A stretch of 64,000 bases of DNA. It comes from Dehalococcoidia bacterium. Lineage in GTDB: Bacteria > Chloroflexota > Dehalococcoidia > Lucifugimonadales > Lucifugimonadaceae. The position numbers and the translations under genes are program-made. Below the pieces are notes generated by a model that had not been told where the DNA came from, made no database searches, and saw nothing but the letters and a program-made list of their open reading frames with translations. Shown here one piece after another: positions 19,855 to 29,753 of the stretch. Position 1 is the stretch's first letter. The number at the start of each line of letters is the position of its first letter. The stretch is taken from the NCBI GenBank assembly GCA_014239735.1, contig JAAZYI010000024.1, forward strand, positions 58,670 to 122,669. The letters are read 5' to 3'.

Positions 19855-21013
19855 TATGCGTGTTGGTGTAATTAGAAATATTGGATATTATTTCATCAAT
19901 ATGATCTCCTCCGAATTTTTCTAATATCACATCTGTAAGTGAGATAGCTAGCATAGCTTCGCCTATTACACATGCTGGAGGTACTTGGCATATGTCACTT
20001 CTATTGTACTGGGCGTCAACTACCTTTCCTGTGTTTATGTCAACTGAAGGAAGTGGATTAGTCATAGTTGCAATTGGCTTAATAGCAACATTAACTATTA
20101 TTGGCTCTCCATTTGTTACTCCACCTTCGAGGCCGCCCGCATGGTTTGTGAGATGCTTAAAATTCCTTTTATCTTTTTTATCAGGAACAATGACATCCTG
20201 AACATCTTTTCCTGGTTTTTTTGTATTTTTAAATCCATTACCTATCTCTACACCTTTTACAGCGTTGATGCTCATCATGGCTTGAGCAATTTTTCCATCT
20301 AATTTTCTGTCCCATTGGGAAAAGCTTCCCAAACCAACAGGCAAGTTAAATGCAACTACTTGAAATACTCCTCCTATAGTAGTCCTCTCTTTTTTAGATT
20401 TTAAAATTGCACCAATAAATTTCTTTTCTAATTCTGGCGAAGTTGTTCTTACTTCTGAGGTTTCAGCATACTCCCAGTCTGTATTGTTAATGTCTTCTTC
20501 CGTGCCTGCATCTATTTCTCCAATTGATAGAACTTTACTTTTTATGTGAATCTCGAACTTTGATAAAAATATTTTACAAATTGCTCCTGCTGCCACTCTA
20601 GCTGTTGTTTCACGTGCACTTGCTCGTTCAAGAACATTTCTAAGGTCGTGTTGTTTGTATTTTAAGGCCCCAGCAAAATCGGCATGACCAGGAACGGTAT
20701 TGGCAAACTCTTTTTTATCTACTGAATCATCCACTGGATATGGGGACATCGCCCCTTCCCAATTTTTATGATCAAGATTTTCAATCCATAGTGATATTGG
20801 GGAGCCCAAGGAAGTTCCATGCCTAATGCCTGATTTTATGACAGCATGATCTTTTTCTATTTTCATTCTGCCTCCTCTACCAAACCCTTTTTGCCTTCTT
20901 TGAAGATCAATTTTTATATCATCCTCTGATATATCTAATCCGGCTGGCATCCCGTCTAATAGAACAGATAATCCAGGTCCATGTGATTCGCCAGCTGTTA
21001 AAAATCTAAACAT
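19835..21013 (-). CDS. aroC: chorismate synthase
   Basis: 'FRFLTAGESHG', 'GRGGRMKIE', 'ERASARETTARVAAGA'. Confidence 0.95.
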   Translation of the reverse strand: MFRFLTAGESHGPGLSVLLDGMPAGLDISEDDIKIDLQRRQKGFGRGGRMKIEKDHAVIKSGIRHGTSLGSPISLWIENLDHKNWEGAMSPYPVDDSVDKKEFANTVPGHADFAGALKYKQHDLRNVLERASARETTARVAAGAICKIFLSKFEIHIKSKVLSIGEIDAGTEEDINNTDWEYAETSEVRTTSPELEKKFIGAILKSKKERTTIGGVFQVVAFNLPVGLGSFSQWDRKLDGKIAQAMMSINAVKGVEIGNGFKNTKKPGKDVQDVIVPDKKDKRNFKHLTNHAGGLEGGVTNGEPIIVNVAIKPIATMTNPLPSVDINTGKVVDAQYNRSDICQVPPACVIGEAMLAISLTDVILEKFGGDHIDEIISNISNYTNTHNEFGGK

Positions 21014-21055
21014 ATTTTGCTCCTTATAAAGAGTTTATAGCTTTAACAGTAGTTA

Positions 21056-21889
21056 TTACAATTCGCTAATGATTGATTTTTCCATTATTTCGTAAGGACA
21101 ATTTTCCCCAGTAATAAGTTCTAATCCTTCTATAGCTTGATGGATTAGCATGGACACTCCTGTTATGGCCTCTCCGCCACAATTTTCTATTGTAGTTAAA
21201 AAGGGAGTTTTTATTGGGGAATAAACTAGATCAAAGCCAACTACATCTTTATTTAGTCTTATATCATTAACAACTGAGTTGCGAGAATCAGGCCCACTGC
21301 TCATGCCTAGTGATGTTGTATTAATTATTAGATTGGCCTCACTTATTAATTTTTCTGAATTCTTATCGTAAATTTCAGAAGTAATAATATTTGAGTTGGG
21401 ATATTTAGAAGAAATATAATCTGCGTTCTTGATTGTTCTGTTTATTATGGATAATTTTTTAGAGCCTTTTGAAATAAGAGATTCAACCACAGCTTTTGAT
21501 GATCCTCCGGCACCTATAACAACAATATTAATATTGCCTAGTGACTTTTTTATTTGTTCAGGCAATGAATTGTAAAAACCAATATGATCCGTATTGAACC
21601 CCTTTATTCCTCCTTCTTCTGCCTTGAACCAATTGATTGCGCCAATTCTCTTTACACTATCATGCAAATCTGAACAATAATTAAATAACTCTTCTTTAAA
21701 AGGGATAGTTACGCAACCTCCTATAATTTGATTTTTTTTCAAATTTGAGAAAAAATCTTCTAAAGAATTCAAGGGAATTTCCCATTTCTCAAATCCTAAA
21801 TTTAATTTTAGATGTTTTATAGCTGCATTGTGCATAACCGGGGATAGAGAGTGAGACAAGGGATTTCCGAGTATTCCGATTTTTTTCAT
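21056..21889 (-). CDS. aroE: shikimate 5-dehydrogenase
   Basis: 'GNPLSHSLSPVMHN', 'NTD', 'GAGGSSKAV'. Confidence 0.9.
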   Translation of the reverse strand: MKKIGILGNPLSHSLSPVMHNAAIKHLKLNLGFEKWEIPLNSLEDFFSNLKKNQIIGGCVTIPFKEELFNYCSDLHDSVKRIGAINWFKAEEGGIKGFNTDHIGFYNSLPEQIKKSLGNINIVVIGAGGSSKAVVESLISKGSKKLSIINRTIKNADYISSKYPNSNIITSEIYDKNSEKLISEANLIINTTSLGMSSGPDSRNSVVNDIRLNKDVVGFDLVYSPIKTPFLTTIENCGGEAITGVSMLIHQAIEGLELITGENCPYEIMEKSIISEL

Positions 21890-22308
21890 GTCTGTCTTGC
21901 CTTCTTTTCTAAAAAACTATTTAAAATTATTGTTGCAGAGGAGTCGTCTACATATTTATTCTTTGAATTTGGATCTATAGCTTTTTTTGCTTGCAAAGTA
22001 GATAGCCTTTCATCTTCTAAAATGACCTCTAAATTAGTCTCATCTTCTAAAATTTCTTTAAATTTAATTACCTCTTCAGCTTTGAATCCCTCTTTGTTTT
22101 TCATTGTAATTGGTAACCCTAAAACAATCATTTTAGCTTTGTATTCTAGAATGATTTTTTTTAATTGATCTAACGCATCTTCTGTTTTTTTATATGAGAT
22201 AATCGAATGAGGGACAGCCATCTTTCCATTTAAGACAGAAATAGATACTCCAATTCTTCTCTCACCATAATCAAGACCAAGGATATTATTTGTGTTATTT
22301 GAGTCCAT
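21886..22308 (-). CDS. ruvX: putative pre-16S rRNA nuclease / Holliday-junction-resolvase-like YqgF
   Basis: 'ILGLDYGERRIGVS', 'VLGLP', 'DERLST'. alaS-ruvX synteny. Confidence 0.88.
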   Translation of the reverse strand: MDSNNTNNILGLDYGERRIGVSISVLNGKMAVPHSIISYKKTEDALDQLKKIILEYKAKMIVLGLPITMKNKEGFKAEEVIKFKEILEDETNLEVILEDERLSTLQAKKAIDPNSKNKYVDDSSATIILNSFLEKKARQT

Positions 22309-25159
22309 TTTTGATTAATGATCGTGTTAATTCCATTGCTTCACGAATTCCTTTTAAGTTTGACCCACCAGCTTGAGCCATATCTGGCTTACCACCACCA
22401 CCACCTCCAATAATAGGGCCAATCTCTTTTATTATTTTTTCAGAATTAAGTTTGTTTGTCAGGCTTTTATTAATCGCAATAACAACTGTTACTTTATTGT
22501 CTGAAGTTGAAAATAATGCAGCGATACCATTAATTTTCTCTTTTAGTTGTTCTGCAGTATTTCTAATTTCTTTTGCATCAAAATTAACTTCCTGGATGAT
22601 GCAGCTTGAATCACCAATCTTTTCTGCTTTTTCGGTTAAATCATTAATTATTTTTTTTGTATTATTATTCTCGCTTGAACTTATTTCTTTTTTTAAATCT
22701 TTTATCTGTTTATTAAATTGTAAAATTTTTGATGGAATTTCATCAGTTGATACATTTAAATCATTAGATATAGTTCTTAGCAGATCAAATTGTTTTTTTG
22801 CATAATTTTCTGCATTTATTCCAGTTACCGCTTCTATCCTTCTAACACCTGACGCAATACTAGACTCTGAAATAATATAAAACGATCCAATTTCTCCGGT
22901 ATATTCACAATGCGTTCCGCCGCATAATTCATAACTAAACTTAGATCCATTCGATATTTCTACAGTCCTTACATCTTTGCCATATTTATCCCCAAAGAAG
23001 GCAATAGCTCCATTATTTATAGCCTCTGAATAAGAAGTCTCATGTTTTTTAACTGGTAAATTAGCCCGAATTTTTGAATTCATTAGCTTTTCAATTTTAT
23101 TTAGTTCTTCTTTAGACATTTTATTTAGATGAGTAAAATCGAACCTCAGTCGATCTGGAGATACAAAAGATCCTTGCTGATGAACATGTTTTCCTAGTAT
23201 CTCTCTAAGAGACGCATGTAATAAATGTGTTCCAGTATGGTTCCTTTTTGATCCATTTCTTAGATCTACATCAACTTTTGAGTTGAGAGATACACCAGTA
23301 GAAACAACTCCAAGAGTAACTTTGCATTTATGAAATATATAACCATCTACTTCTGATGTTGTGTCTAAAACTTCTAACTCGACTTTTTCGTTTGATAGTA
23401 GACCTTTGTCCCCAACTTGCCCCCCACCTTCAGGATAAAATGGAGTTTCATCTAATAATACATAAATTACATCACCCTTTTTTGCCTTGCCTATGCTTGC
23501 CGCAAGATGATTATCTAATAATGCAGAGACTTTTGATTCTGAGGTAGTTTTTATATAACCTTTAAAAGCAGTTTTATTAATTTTCATTTCCGATATCAAA
23601 TTAACTAAACTCTTGTCTCCTCCAAAATCGCTAGTAGTTTTGGACAGCTTTTGGAGATTAGACATTAAATTATCGAACTTTTGCCTGTTAAGCATGAGGT
23701 TCTGTTGAGCGCAGTACTCAAATGTTACTTCGTAAGGAAAGCCAAGAGTATCATATAAATAGCAAGCTTCTAAATATGAAATTTCTTTGCTCCATGAAGT
23801 AGTCATTATATTTTTTCTTAAGGAAGAAAAATAATTTTTATTGGTAATGTTAAGTGATTCGCCTAATTTTAATTCTTTTTGTAATAAGTCACTGATTATG
23901 CCCTGCTTGCCTATTTCACTTTCTATAAATTTTAGTATAAATTCTTCATCGCCTTTATTGTCGGCATCAATCTTTTTAATATGCTTTTCTAAGTTCACTC
24001 TATTAGAAGAGAAGTCTTCTAAAATTTTTGAGCCCGTTTTTAATGTTTTGGAGAAACTAGTACATTCATTCTCAAGAACTTTTTTTATGAAGCTTAGGTT
24101 ATCTTCTAGCTCAGGATAAAAATCAGACATATTTTTAGCAATTATTTCAGCCAGAACTATTAAAAAATCCTCTCTTAAGTTTAGTTCTAATCCATACCTC
24201 ATCGCTTTTCTAATCAACCTTCTTAGTATGTAGCCTCTCCCTATATTTTCGGGTATTACTCCATCTGCAATCAAAAATGTTGCAGATCTAGAATGCTCTG
24301 CTAAAACTGCCATTGCTTTATTAGAATTTGTAGATCCAATTTTTTTGTTTTGTTGCCATTTATATCCTGAAGCATTTTCAATTTCTTTTATTACATCTCG
24401 GAACAAGTCAGTTTCATAGATAGAATTTTTTCCTTGTAAAATAGTAGCAACCCTTTCTAGTCCCATCCCGGTGTCTATATTCTTTTTGGGTAACTCTTTT
24501 CTTGTTCCATCTATATGGTGATAAAACTGTGTAAACACTAAGTTGTAGAGTTCAACAAAATCTTCATGAATATTAGGACCCCAAGATTTTGATTTTGAAA
24601 GTTTTTTAAAATCCTTTTCATTTTCATTTCCAATATAGTAATGAAGCTCACTGCAAGGACCGCAAGGACCTTCATCCCCTGCTGGCCCCCACCAGTTATC
24701 TTTGTCATCAAAAAAGTAAATTTTTTCTTTCGGTATACCTATATTTTCCCAGATTTTTGCACACTCTTTGTCATCATTGTGTACTGTAATAAAGATTTTT
24801 TCATATTTAAATCCTAAATGATCAGTCATTAATTCTAGCGCCCATTTACATGCATCTTCTTTAAAATAATTTCCAAATGAAAAATTTCCCAGCATTTCAA
24901 ATAATGTTAGATGAGTTGTATCACCTACTTCGTCTATATCTGTTGTTCTGAAAGATTTTTGTGCTGTTGCTATTCTTTCATTGGGAGGTTCAGATTCTCC
25001 AGCAAAATATGATTTAAACTGAGCCATTCCAGAGTTAGTTAGGAGCAATGTTGGATCATTAGAAGGTATTAACGATGATGGCGGATGAATAAGATGGTCT
25101 TTTGAATTAAAAAAATCTAAAAATATTTTTCTTATTTCATTGGAACTTCTTGATATCAT
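22295..25159 (-). CDS. alaS: alanine--tRNA ligase
   Basis: 'IRKIFLDFF..K.H', 'FTNSGM', 'WGP.GPCGPCSE', editing-domain 'HTGTHLLH' and 'CGGTH', C-terminal 'GGGGGGKPDMAQAGG'. Confidence 0.97.
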   Translation of the reverse strand: MISRSSNEIRKIFLDFFNSKDHLIHPPSSLIPSNDPTLLLTNSGMAQFKSYFAGESEPPNERIATAQKSFRTTDIDEVGDTTHLTLFEMLGNFSFGNYFKEDACKWALELMTDHLGFKYEKIFITVHNDDKECAKIWENIGIPKEKIYFFDDKDNWWGPAGDEGPCGPCSELHYYIGNENEKDFKKLSKSKSWGPNIHEDFVELYNLVFTQFYHHIDGTRKELPKKNIDTGMGLERVATILQGKNSIYETDLFRDVIKEIENASGYKWQQNKKIGSTNSNKAMAVLAEHSRSATFLIADGVIPENIGRGYILRRLIRKAMRYGLELNLREDFLIVLAEIIAKNMSDFYPELEDNLSFIKKVLENECTSFSKTLKTGSKILEDFSSNRVNLEKHIKKIDADNKGDEEFILKFIESEIGKQGIISDLLQKELKLGESLNITNKNYFSSLRKNIMTTSWSKEISYLEACYLYDTLGFPYEVTFEYCAQQNLMLNRQKFDNLMSNLQKLSKTTSDFGGDKSLVNLISEMKINKTAFKGYIKTTSESKVSALLDNHLAASIGKAKKGDVIYVLLDETPFYPEGGGQVGDKGLLSNEKVELEVLDTTSEVDGYIFHKCKVTLGVVSTGVSLNSKVDVDLRNGSKRNHTGTHLLHASLREILGKHVHQQGSFVSPDRLRFDFTHLNKMSKEELNKIEKLMNSKIRANLPVKKHETSYSEAINNGAIAFFGDKYGKDVRTVEISNGSKFSYELCGGTHCEYTGEIGSFYIISESSIASGVRRIEAVTGINAENYAKKQFDLLRTISNDLNVSTDEIPSKILQFNKQIKDLKKEISSSENNNTKKIINDLTEKAEKIGDSSCIIQEVNFDAKEIRNTAEQLKEKINGIAALFSTSDNKVTVVIAINKSLTNKLNSEKIIKEIGPIIGGGGGGKPDMAQAGGSNLKGIREAMELTRSLIKNGLK

Positions 25160-25172
25160 ATTAATTTTTTAA

Positions 25173-25742
25173 CTAAGTAATGCTGTCTTTGTCCCAAATT
25201 GTAGCAAATTCACCTTGCTGACCTGTAATTAAATCGTAAAGATCATTATTTTTTACTTTTTCAATTATACTTTTTTCTTCTAATGACAGACGAAATAACG
25301 TTTCAGCCATTTCTTCCAGCAACTCTTCACTAAACTTGTCTTTATATATAACTGATATTGCTGACATTAATTCTTTTTTATTGAAGCTCAGGACTTGCCC
25401 AGAAAAGAAAAAAATAGAAATTAGCTCATGAGATATTTCTTTAAAATACCCCAACTCCTCTCTAACTGAATCCATTATTCTTGCTATAGTTTCATCTCTT
25501 AGTATGGTTTCAATTTTTTCAGGAACTCCATTTGGGCTTAATATTGAAAACCCTCCAGATCTTATCTCTTTGCTGAATTTTGATTCAATAGAATCATAGA
25601 AGTCATCATTAAACATAATTTTAGAATTCAATGTAATAATATTTTTAGTGGAATCAATAGAATTTAACAATAATATTTTTTCCAAATGAGGGAAAACGCA
25701 TAAAATTATGTTAGGCATTGTATTTTCTGATTCAAAGGACAT
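25173..25742 (-). CDS. hypothetical protein (189 aa, soluble, acidic)
   Basis: Long ORF 14 nt upstream of alaS on the same strand. No family recognised. Confidence 0.5.
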   Translation of the reverse strand: MSFESENTMPNIILCVFPHLEKILLLNSIDSTKNIITLNSKIMFNDDFYDSIESKFSKEIRSGGFSILSPNGVPEKIETILRDETIARIMDSVREELGYFKEISHELISIFFFSGQVLSFNKKELMSAISVIYKDKFSEELLEEMAETLFRLSLEEKSIIEKVKNNDLYDLITGQQGEFATIWDKDSIT

Positions 25743-25817
25743 ATTAAATGTTGATAAATTAATAATTTAATTACTACTTGTATTGAGTATAAACTAGCAA
25801 TAGGAAAAATAAAACAA

Positions 25818-25991
25818 ATGGATGACAGGTCATACAGAGAAGGGCACCCCCCCTACTGCACATGTGTAGAATGCATAGAAAAAAATAATAAAAATCAAAA
25901 AAAAATGATTCAATTCAGTATTAGGCGCCCCATTGTTTTAACCCTTATATTTTTAGTTATGATTTCTTTAATCTTGATAATTTTTATATAA
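25818..25991 (+). CDS. candidate small tail-anchored membrane protein (57 aa), absent from the ORF track
   Basis: ATG preceded by 'AGGA'. N-terminal 'HPPYCTCVEC' Cys motif, a Lys-rich linker, then the hydrophobic C-terminus 'IVLTLIFLVMISLILIIFI'. Fills one of the few long intergenic gaps. Confidence 0.3.
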   Translation: MDDRSYREGHPPYCTCVECIEKNNKNQKKMIQFSIRRPIVLTLIFLVMISLILIIFI

Positions 25992-26943
25992 ATTTATTTT
26001 CTGAAAGACTAGCCCATAATTCTGGAGGTATAGTTTCATTTGCTATATCTATATTATCTTTTACTTCATTTATTGAGCTCATGCCTGGAACAACAGAAAA
26101 AACTTGAGAGTTGTTCAAAACAAAATTTAAAGCAGCAGATTTTAATGAAATGTTAAATTTGTTTGTAGTTTTTTCGATATTTTTTGCCTTATTGATTAAA
26201 TGAATAGGAGCAATTTCATAGTTATATGAAACTGGAGAATTAAGATCTCTTGCTAAAATCCCGCTATTATAAGGTCCTCCTATAATCACCCGAACACCTT
26301 TCTGGGCACACATTTTCATGAATTTAGTTGACTTAGTATTTTCTAAAAGAGTGTATCTTCCTGCTAAAAGTATTTTATCCAAGTCTATATTCTCCATAAA
26401 ACGAATAGGCATTTCGCATTCATTCATTCCGCAGCCAATGTTTTTAATGATACCTTCTTCTTTCATCTTTAACATTTCTGGGAATGCAAATCGAACTGCT
26501 TCTCTTTCTAGGCCCCCTTGATCAGGATCATGGAGCAAAAGTGTATCTAAATAATCAGTTTTTAGTCTTAGCAAAGACTCTTCTGTAGACCTTCTAATTC
26601 CGTCTTTTGAGTAGTCAAATATGGGCTCTCCGTAACCCTTATCTATTTCCATTTCATTTATTTTAGAACTATTTTTATTTCTTGAATTTCTGATTAATCT
26701 TCCACATTTAGAAGTTAAATTTATATTCTCTCTCTTTATTCCTTTTAAAGCTCTTCCATACCATAGTTCGCTTCTTCCGAATCCATACAAAGGGGCAGTA
26801 TCAAATATTTTTATTCCTGATTCGTATGCATAATTTATTATTTCAATTGTTTTTTCTTGATTTGCACCACCAAAAATGCCATCAGCTAGAACATTCCCAA
26901 AAGTTGCTCCTCCCAGACCTAATTTACTTAAATTATTATTCAT
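25984..26943 (-). CDS. aldo/keto reductase
   Basis: 'LGLGGATFG', 'FDTAPLYG.G.SE', 'YLD.LLLHDP'. Confidence 0.85.
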   Translation of the reverse strand: MNNNLSKLGLGGATFGNVLADGIFGGANQEKTIEIINYAYESGIKIFDTAPLYGFGRSELWYGRALKGIKRENINLTSKCGRLIRNSRNKNSSKINEMEIDKGYGEPIFDYSKDGIRRSTEESLLRLKTDYLDTLLLHDPDQGGLEREAVRFAFPEMLKMKEEGIIKNIGCGMNECEMPIRFMENIDLDKILLAGRYTLLENTKSTKFMKMCAQKGVRVIIGGPYNSGILARDLNSPVSYNYEIAPIHLINKAKNIEKTTNKFNISLKSAALNFVLNNSQVFSVVPGMSSINEVKDNIDIANETIPPELWASLSENKFI

Positions 26944-27997
26944 CTAATTTTAATATTACTTCTTCAGCGCATTCAGTTGTTGTAGCATTCCCGCCAAGGT
27001 CTGCAGTAATGCTATTGCCAGTCTTTAAAACAATTTTTACTGCCTCTCTAATCGAATTTGCGGCATTATTTTCTCCTAAATAAGACAGCATCATTGCCCC
27101 TGTTAATATCTGTGCCATCGGATTTGCAATATCTTGCCCTTCTATATCAGGAGCACTTCCATGAGTAGGCTCAAACATAGAGGGGTTATCTTTATTTTCT
27201 GATATATTTCCGCTTGATGCTAAACCAAGCCCTCCAGTTATCATGGCAGCAATATCTGTGAGAATATCACCAAATAAATTACTAGCAACAACTACATCGA
27301 ATTCAGAAGGTTTTCTTATGAAATCCATACAAGCAGCATCGATCAATAATGAATTAGTTTTAACATCTGGGTAATCTTTTGATACCTCTTTAAAAACCTT
27401 ATCCCACAAGACCATAGAATATCCTTGAGCGTTAGATTTGGTGATTGATGTTAACTTTTTATTTCTGTCCATTGACAGATCAAAGGCGTACCTTATAACC
27501 CTTTCTGTTCCTTTTCTTGTAAAAACAGATGATTGAATCGCAATTTCATCATCAAAATTTTCGTATTGAAAGCCTCCAACATTAGCATACTCTCCTTCTG
27601 TATTTTCTCTAACAACAACTAGGTCTATTTCTCCTGCATTAATACCTTTTAATGGAGACTCAACGCCTTCAAACAAAGCAGATGGTCTTAGGCATACAAA
27701 TTGATCAAATCTTCTCCTTATAGGTAAAAGTAACCCATTTAAAGTTATGTGATCTTGAATTTTTGGGTCACCAACTGCTCCTAAAAAAATTGCATCAAAG
27801 TTACTTAGAATTTCTAAGCCATCTTCAGGCATCATTTTTTTGTTTTTAAAATAAAAATCTGAACCCCAATCAAAAGAATCATAGTTGAGCTTAAAGTTAT
27901 TTATAGTTGCGACGCTATCTAGTACTCTGCAAGCTTCTCTGACCACTTCTTTTCCTATTCCGTCGCCTGGAATTACTGCTATTTTATATTCATTCAT
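26936..27997 (-). CDS. tartrate/D-malate dehydrogenase-type member of the isocitrate/isopropylmalate dehydrogenase family
   Basis: 'YKIAVIPGDGIGKEV', 'VVVRENTEGEY', 'NLFGDILTD', 'GSAPDI'. Confidence 0.8.
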   Translation of the reverse strand: MNEYKIAVIPGDGIGKEVVREACRVLDSVATINNFKLNYDSFDWGSDFYFKNKKMMPEDGLEILSNFDAIFLGAVGDPKIQDHITLNGLLLPIRRRFDQFVCLRPSALFEGVESPLKGINAGEIDLVVVRENTEGEYANVGGFQYENFDDEIAIQSSVFTRKGTERVIRYAFDLSMDRNKKLTSITKSNAQGYSMVLWDKVFKEVSKDYPDVKTNSLLIDAACMDFIRKPSEFDVVVASNLFGDILTDIAAMITGGLGLASSGNISENKDNPSMFEPTHGSAPDIEGQDIANPMAQILTGAMMLSYLGENNAANSIREAVKIVLKTGNSITADLGGNATTTECAEEVILKLDE

Positions 27998-27998
27998 T

Positions 27999-28886
27999 TT
28001 AAACCTCTTTGTCTTTTGATAATTTATTTATATAGATAGCAACACTAGCTATATCAGGCTCATCAATATCTAATTTATCCGTTTCCTCGAATAAATTTAA
28101 TGATAAGCTAGTTAATGGCAGATCCAAGTTCATTTGGTTACTCATTTCAGATATAATTTTTAAGTCTTTTACTATGTTTCTTATTGGGGCTGAAGAGTTT
28201 TCATAGTCCTTTTTCATATATATTGGCATATTTCTTTCAACCATTCTGCTGCCCCCAAAGCTTTTTGAAAGAATTTTTATTACTGAATTTAAGTCTATTC
28301 CGTATTTGTCTGCAAGAATCGCTGCTTCCATTGCAGCAACAGTATTAACTGAAGTCAGAAGCTGATTGACTATCTTCATGGATGTGCCAGTTCCTGGTCC
28401 TCCCATATGAACAACAGTTGTGCCCATTTTATTGAAAATTGGTTTAGCTTTTTCAAACGCTATACTGTCCCCACCACACATTATCGTTAAGGTCCCTTCA
28501 TTTGCACCTACTGGCCCCCCACTAATAGGAGCATCAATAAAATATACATTTTTATCTAAAGATTTTTCCCATATCAACTTTGAAGTTTCAACATCTACAG
28601 TGCTATGATCAACTATTATCGTGCCAGGCTTTGCTTCACTTAGAATTCCATTTTTTCCTAAAAAAACTTCAATCGAAGTTTCAACATTAGGTAGGCACGC
28701 AAGTATAAGCTCAGAATCATTAGTCAGTGACTTAATGCTTTTATGAGAAAACGCACCTTTTTCAACAAATGGCACCATTTTAGATTTTGATCTTGTAAAT
28801 ACGTTTAGATAAATTCCTTTTTCTACAAGATTGTGTGCCATTCCGCTACCCATGTTCCCTAGACCTATAAATCCAACTTTACTCAT
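27999..28886 (-). CDS. NAD(P)-dependent 3-hydroxyisobutyrate / tartronate-semialdehyde reductase family dehydrogenase
   Basis: 'VGFIGLGNMGSGMAHNL', 'DAPISGG', 'KIVNQ' region. Confidence 0.85.
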   Translation of the reverse strand: MSKVGFIGLGNMGSGMAHNLVEKGIYLNVFTRSKSKMVPFVEKGAFSHKSIKSLTNDSELILACLPNVETSIEVFLGKNGILSEAKPGTIIVDHSTVDVETSKLIWEKSLDKNVYFIDAPISGGPVGANEGTLTIMCGGDSIAFEKAKPIFNKMGTTVVHMGGPGTGTSMKIVNQLLTSVNTVAAMEAAILADKYGIDLNSVIKILSKSFGGSRMVERNMPIYMKKDYENSSAPIRNIVKDLKIISEMSNQMNLDLPLTSLSLNLFEETDKLDIDEPDIASVAIYINKLSKDKEV

Positions 28887-28954
28887 ATACCTCCAATAAA
28901 TTATTTTTATTGAAATTATGATATTTTAATTACTGGCCCTAAAACAAATTTGTT

Positions 28955-29740
28955 ATGAAAAAATTTTCTATAGAAATATTACCTAAGCAAAAATCAAAAA
29001 TTGTTGAGCTAAATCCTCAATTTTTTGAGGATGTTTATATAACACATATCCCAGGCTCCTCTTTGGAAGATTTAATAGATACTGCCAAGGAAGTAATTAT
29101 TCACGGCTTTAACCCAGTGCCTCATATACCTGCAAGATCAATTACTGATGAATCTTTATTGAATAAAACTTTAAAAAATTTAAAAGAAATAGGGGTCAAG
29201 GATTTGTTGACGATAGGGGGAAGTGTAAAGAATATAGTTGGTGAATTCGACTCAACAATAGATATGTTTAAAACTGGAGTATTAAATAACATTGTTTTTA
29301 GAAGTGTAAGAATCGCTGGCCACCCAGAGGGAAATCCTGATGATAAGAATTCAAAGGAATCTCTAAAAAATAAACTAATTTGGCTGAAAAAAAACAAATA
29401 TTCAACATCGATAGTTACTCAATTTTGCCTATCACCAGAAATAACAAATACCTGGATAAACGAAACCAAAGATTTGATACAAGAATTTGGAAGAGATGAT
29501 ACTAAAATTATTATTGGGGTGGCAGGACCTTCAAAAATTACTACTCTTATTAAATATGCTAAGGTGTGTGGTGTAAGTTCATCTGCAAATTTTCTAATCA
29601 AGCAGGGCTTGGACATTACAAAGTTGATAAAGCATTCCCCTACTGAATTGATAAAAAAATTAGATGGTTTTGACTCTCTACATTTCTTCCCTTTTGGAGG
29701 GATAAAAGAATTAGATAATTGGTTATTAAATCAAGTATAA
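28955..29740 (+). CDS. metF: methylenetetrahydrofolate reductase family protein
   Basis: 'FSIEILP' N-terminus (compare SFEFFPP), 'IAGHPEG', 'FCLS' region. First gene of the corrinoid/C1 cluster. Confidence 0.78.
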   Translation: MKKFSIEILPKQKSKIVELNPQFFEDVYITHIPGSSLEDLIDTAKEVIIHGFNPVPHIPARSITDESLLNKTLKNLKEIGVKDLLTIGGSVKNIVGEFDSTIDMFKTGVLNNIVFRSVRIAGHPEGNPDDKNSKESLKNKLIWLKKNKYSTSIVTQFCLSPEITNTWINETKDLIQEFGRDDTKIIIGVAGPSKITTLIKYAKVCGVSSSANFLIKQGLDITKLIKHSPTELIKKLDGFDSLHFFPFGGIKELDNWLLNQV

Positions 29741-29753
29741 TCAAAGGAAAAAA

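Noticed and set aside
22295-25159. AlaRS is long (954 aa), with an apparent extra segment in the middle region
   Set aside because: Length variation in the tRNA-recognition and linker region of AlaRS is ordinary. No intein-like or mobile-element motifs were seen.
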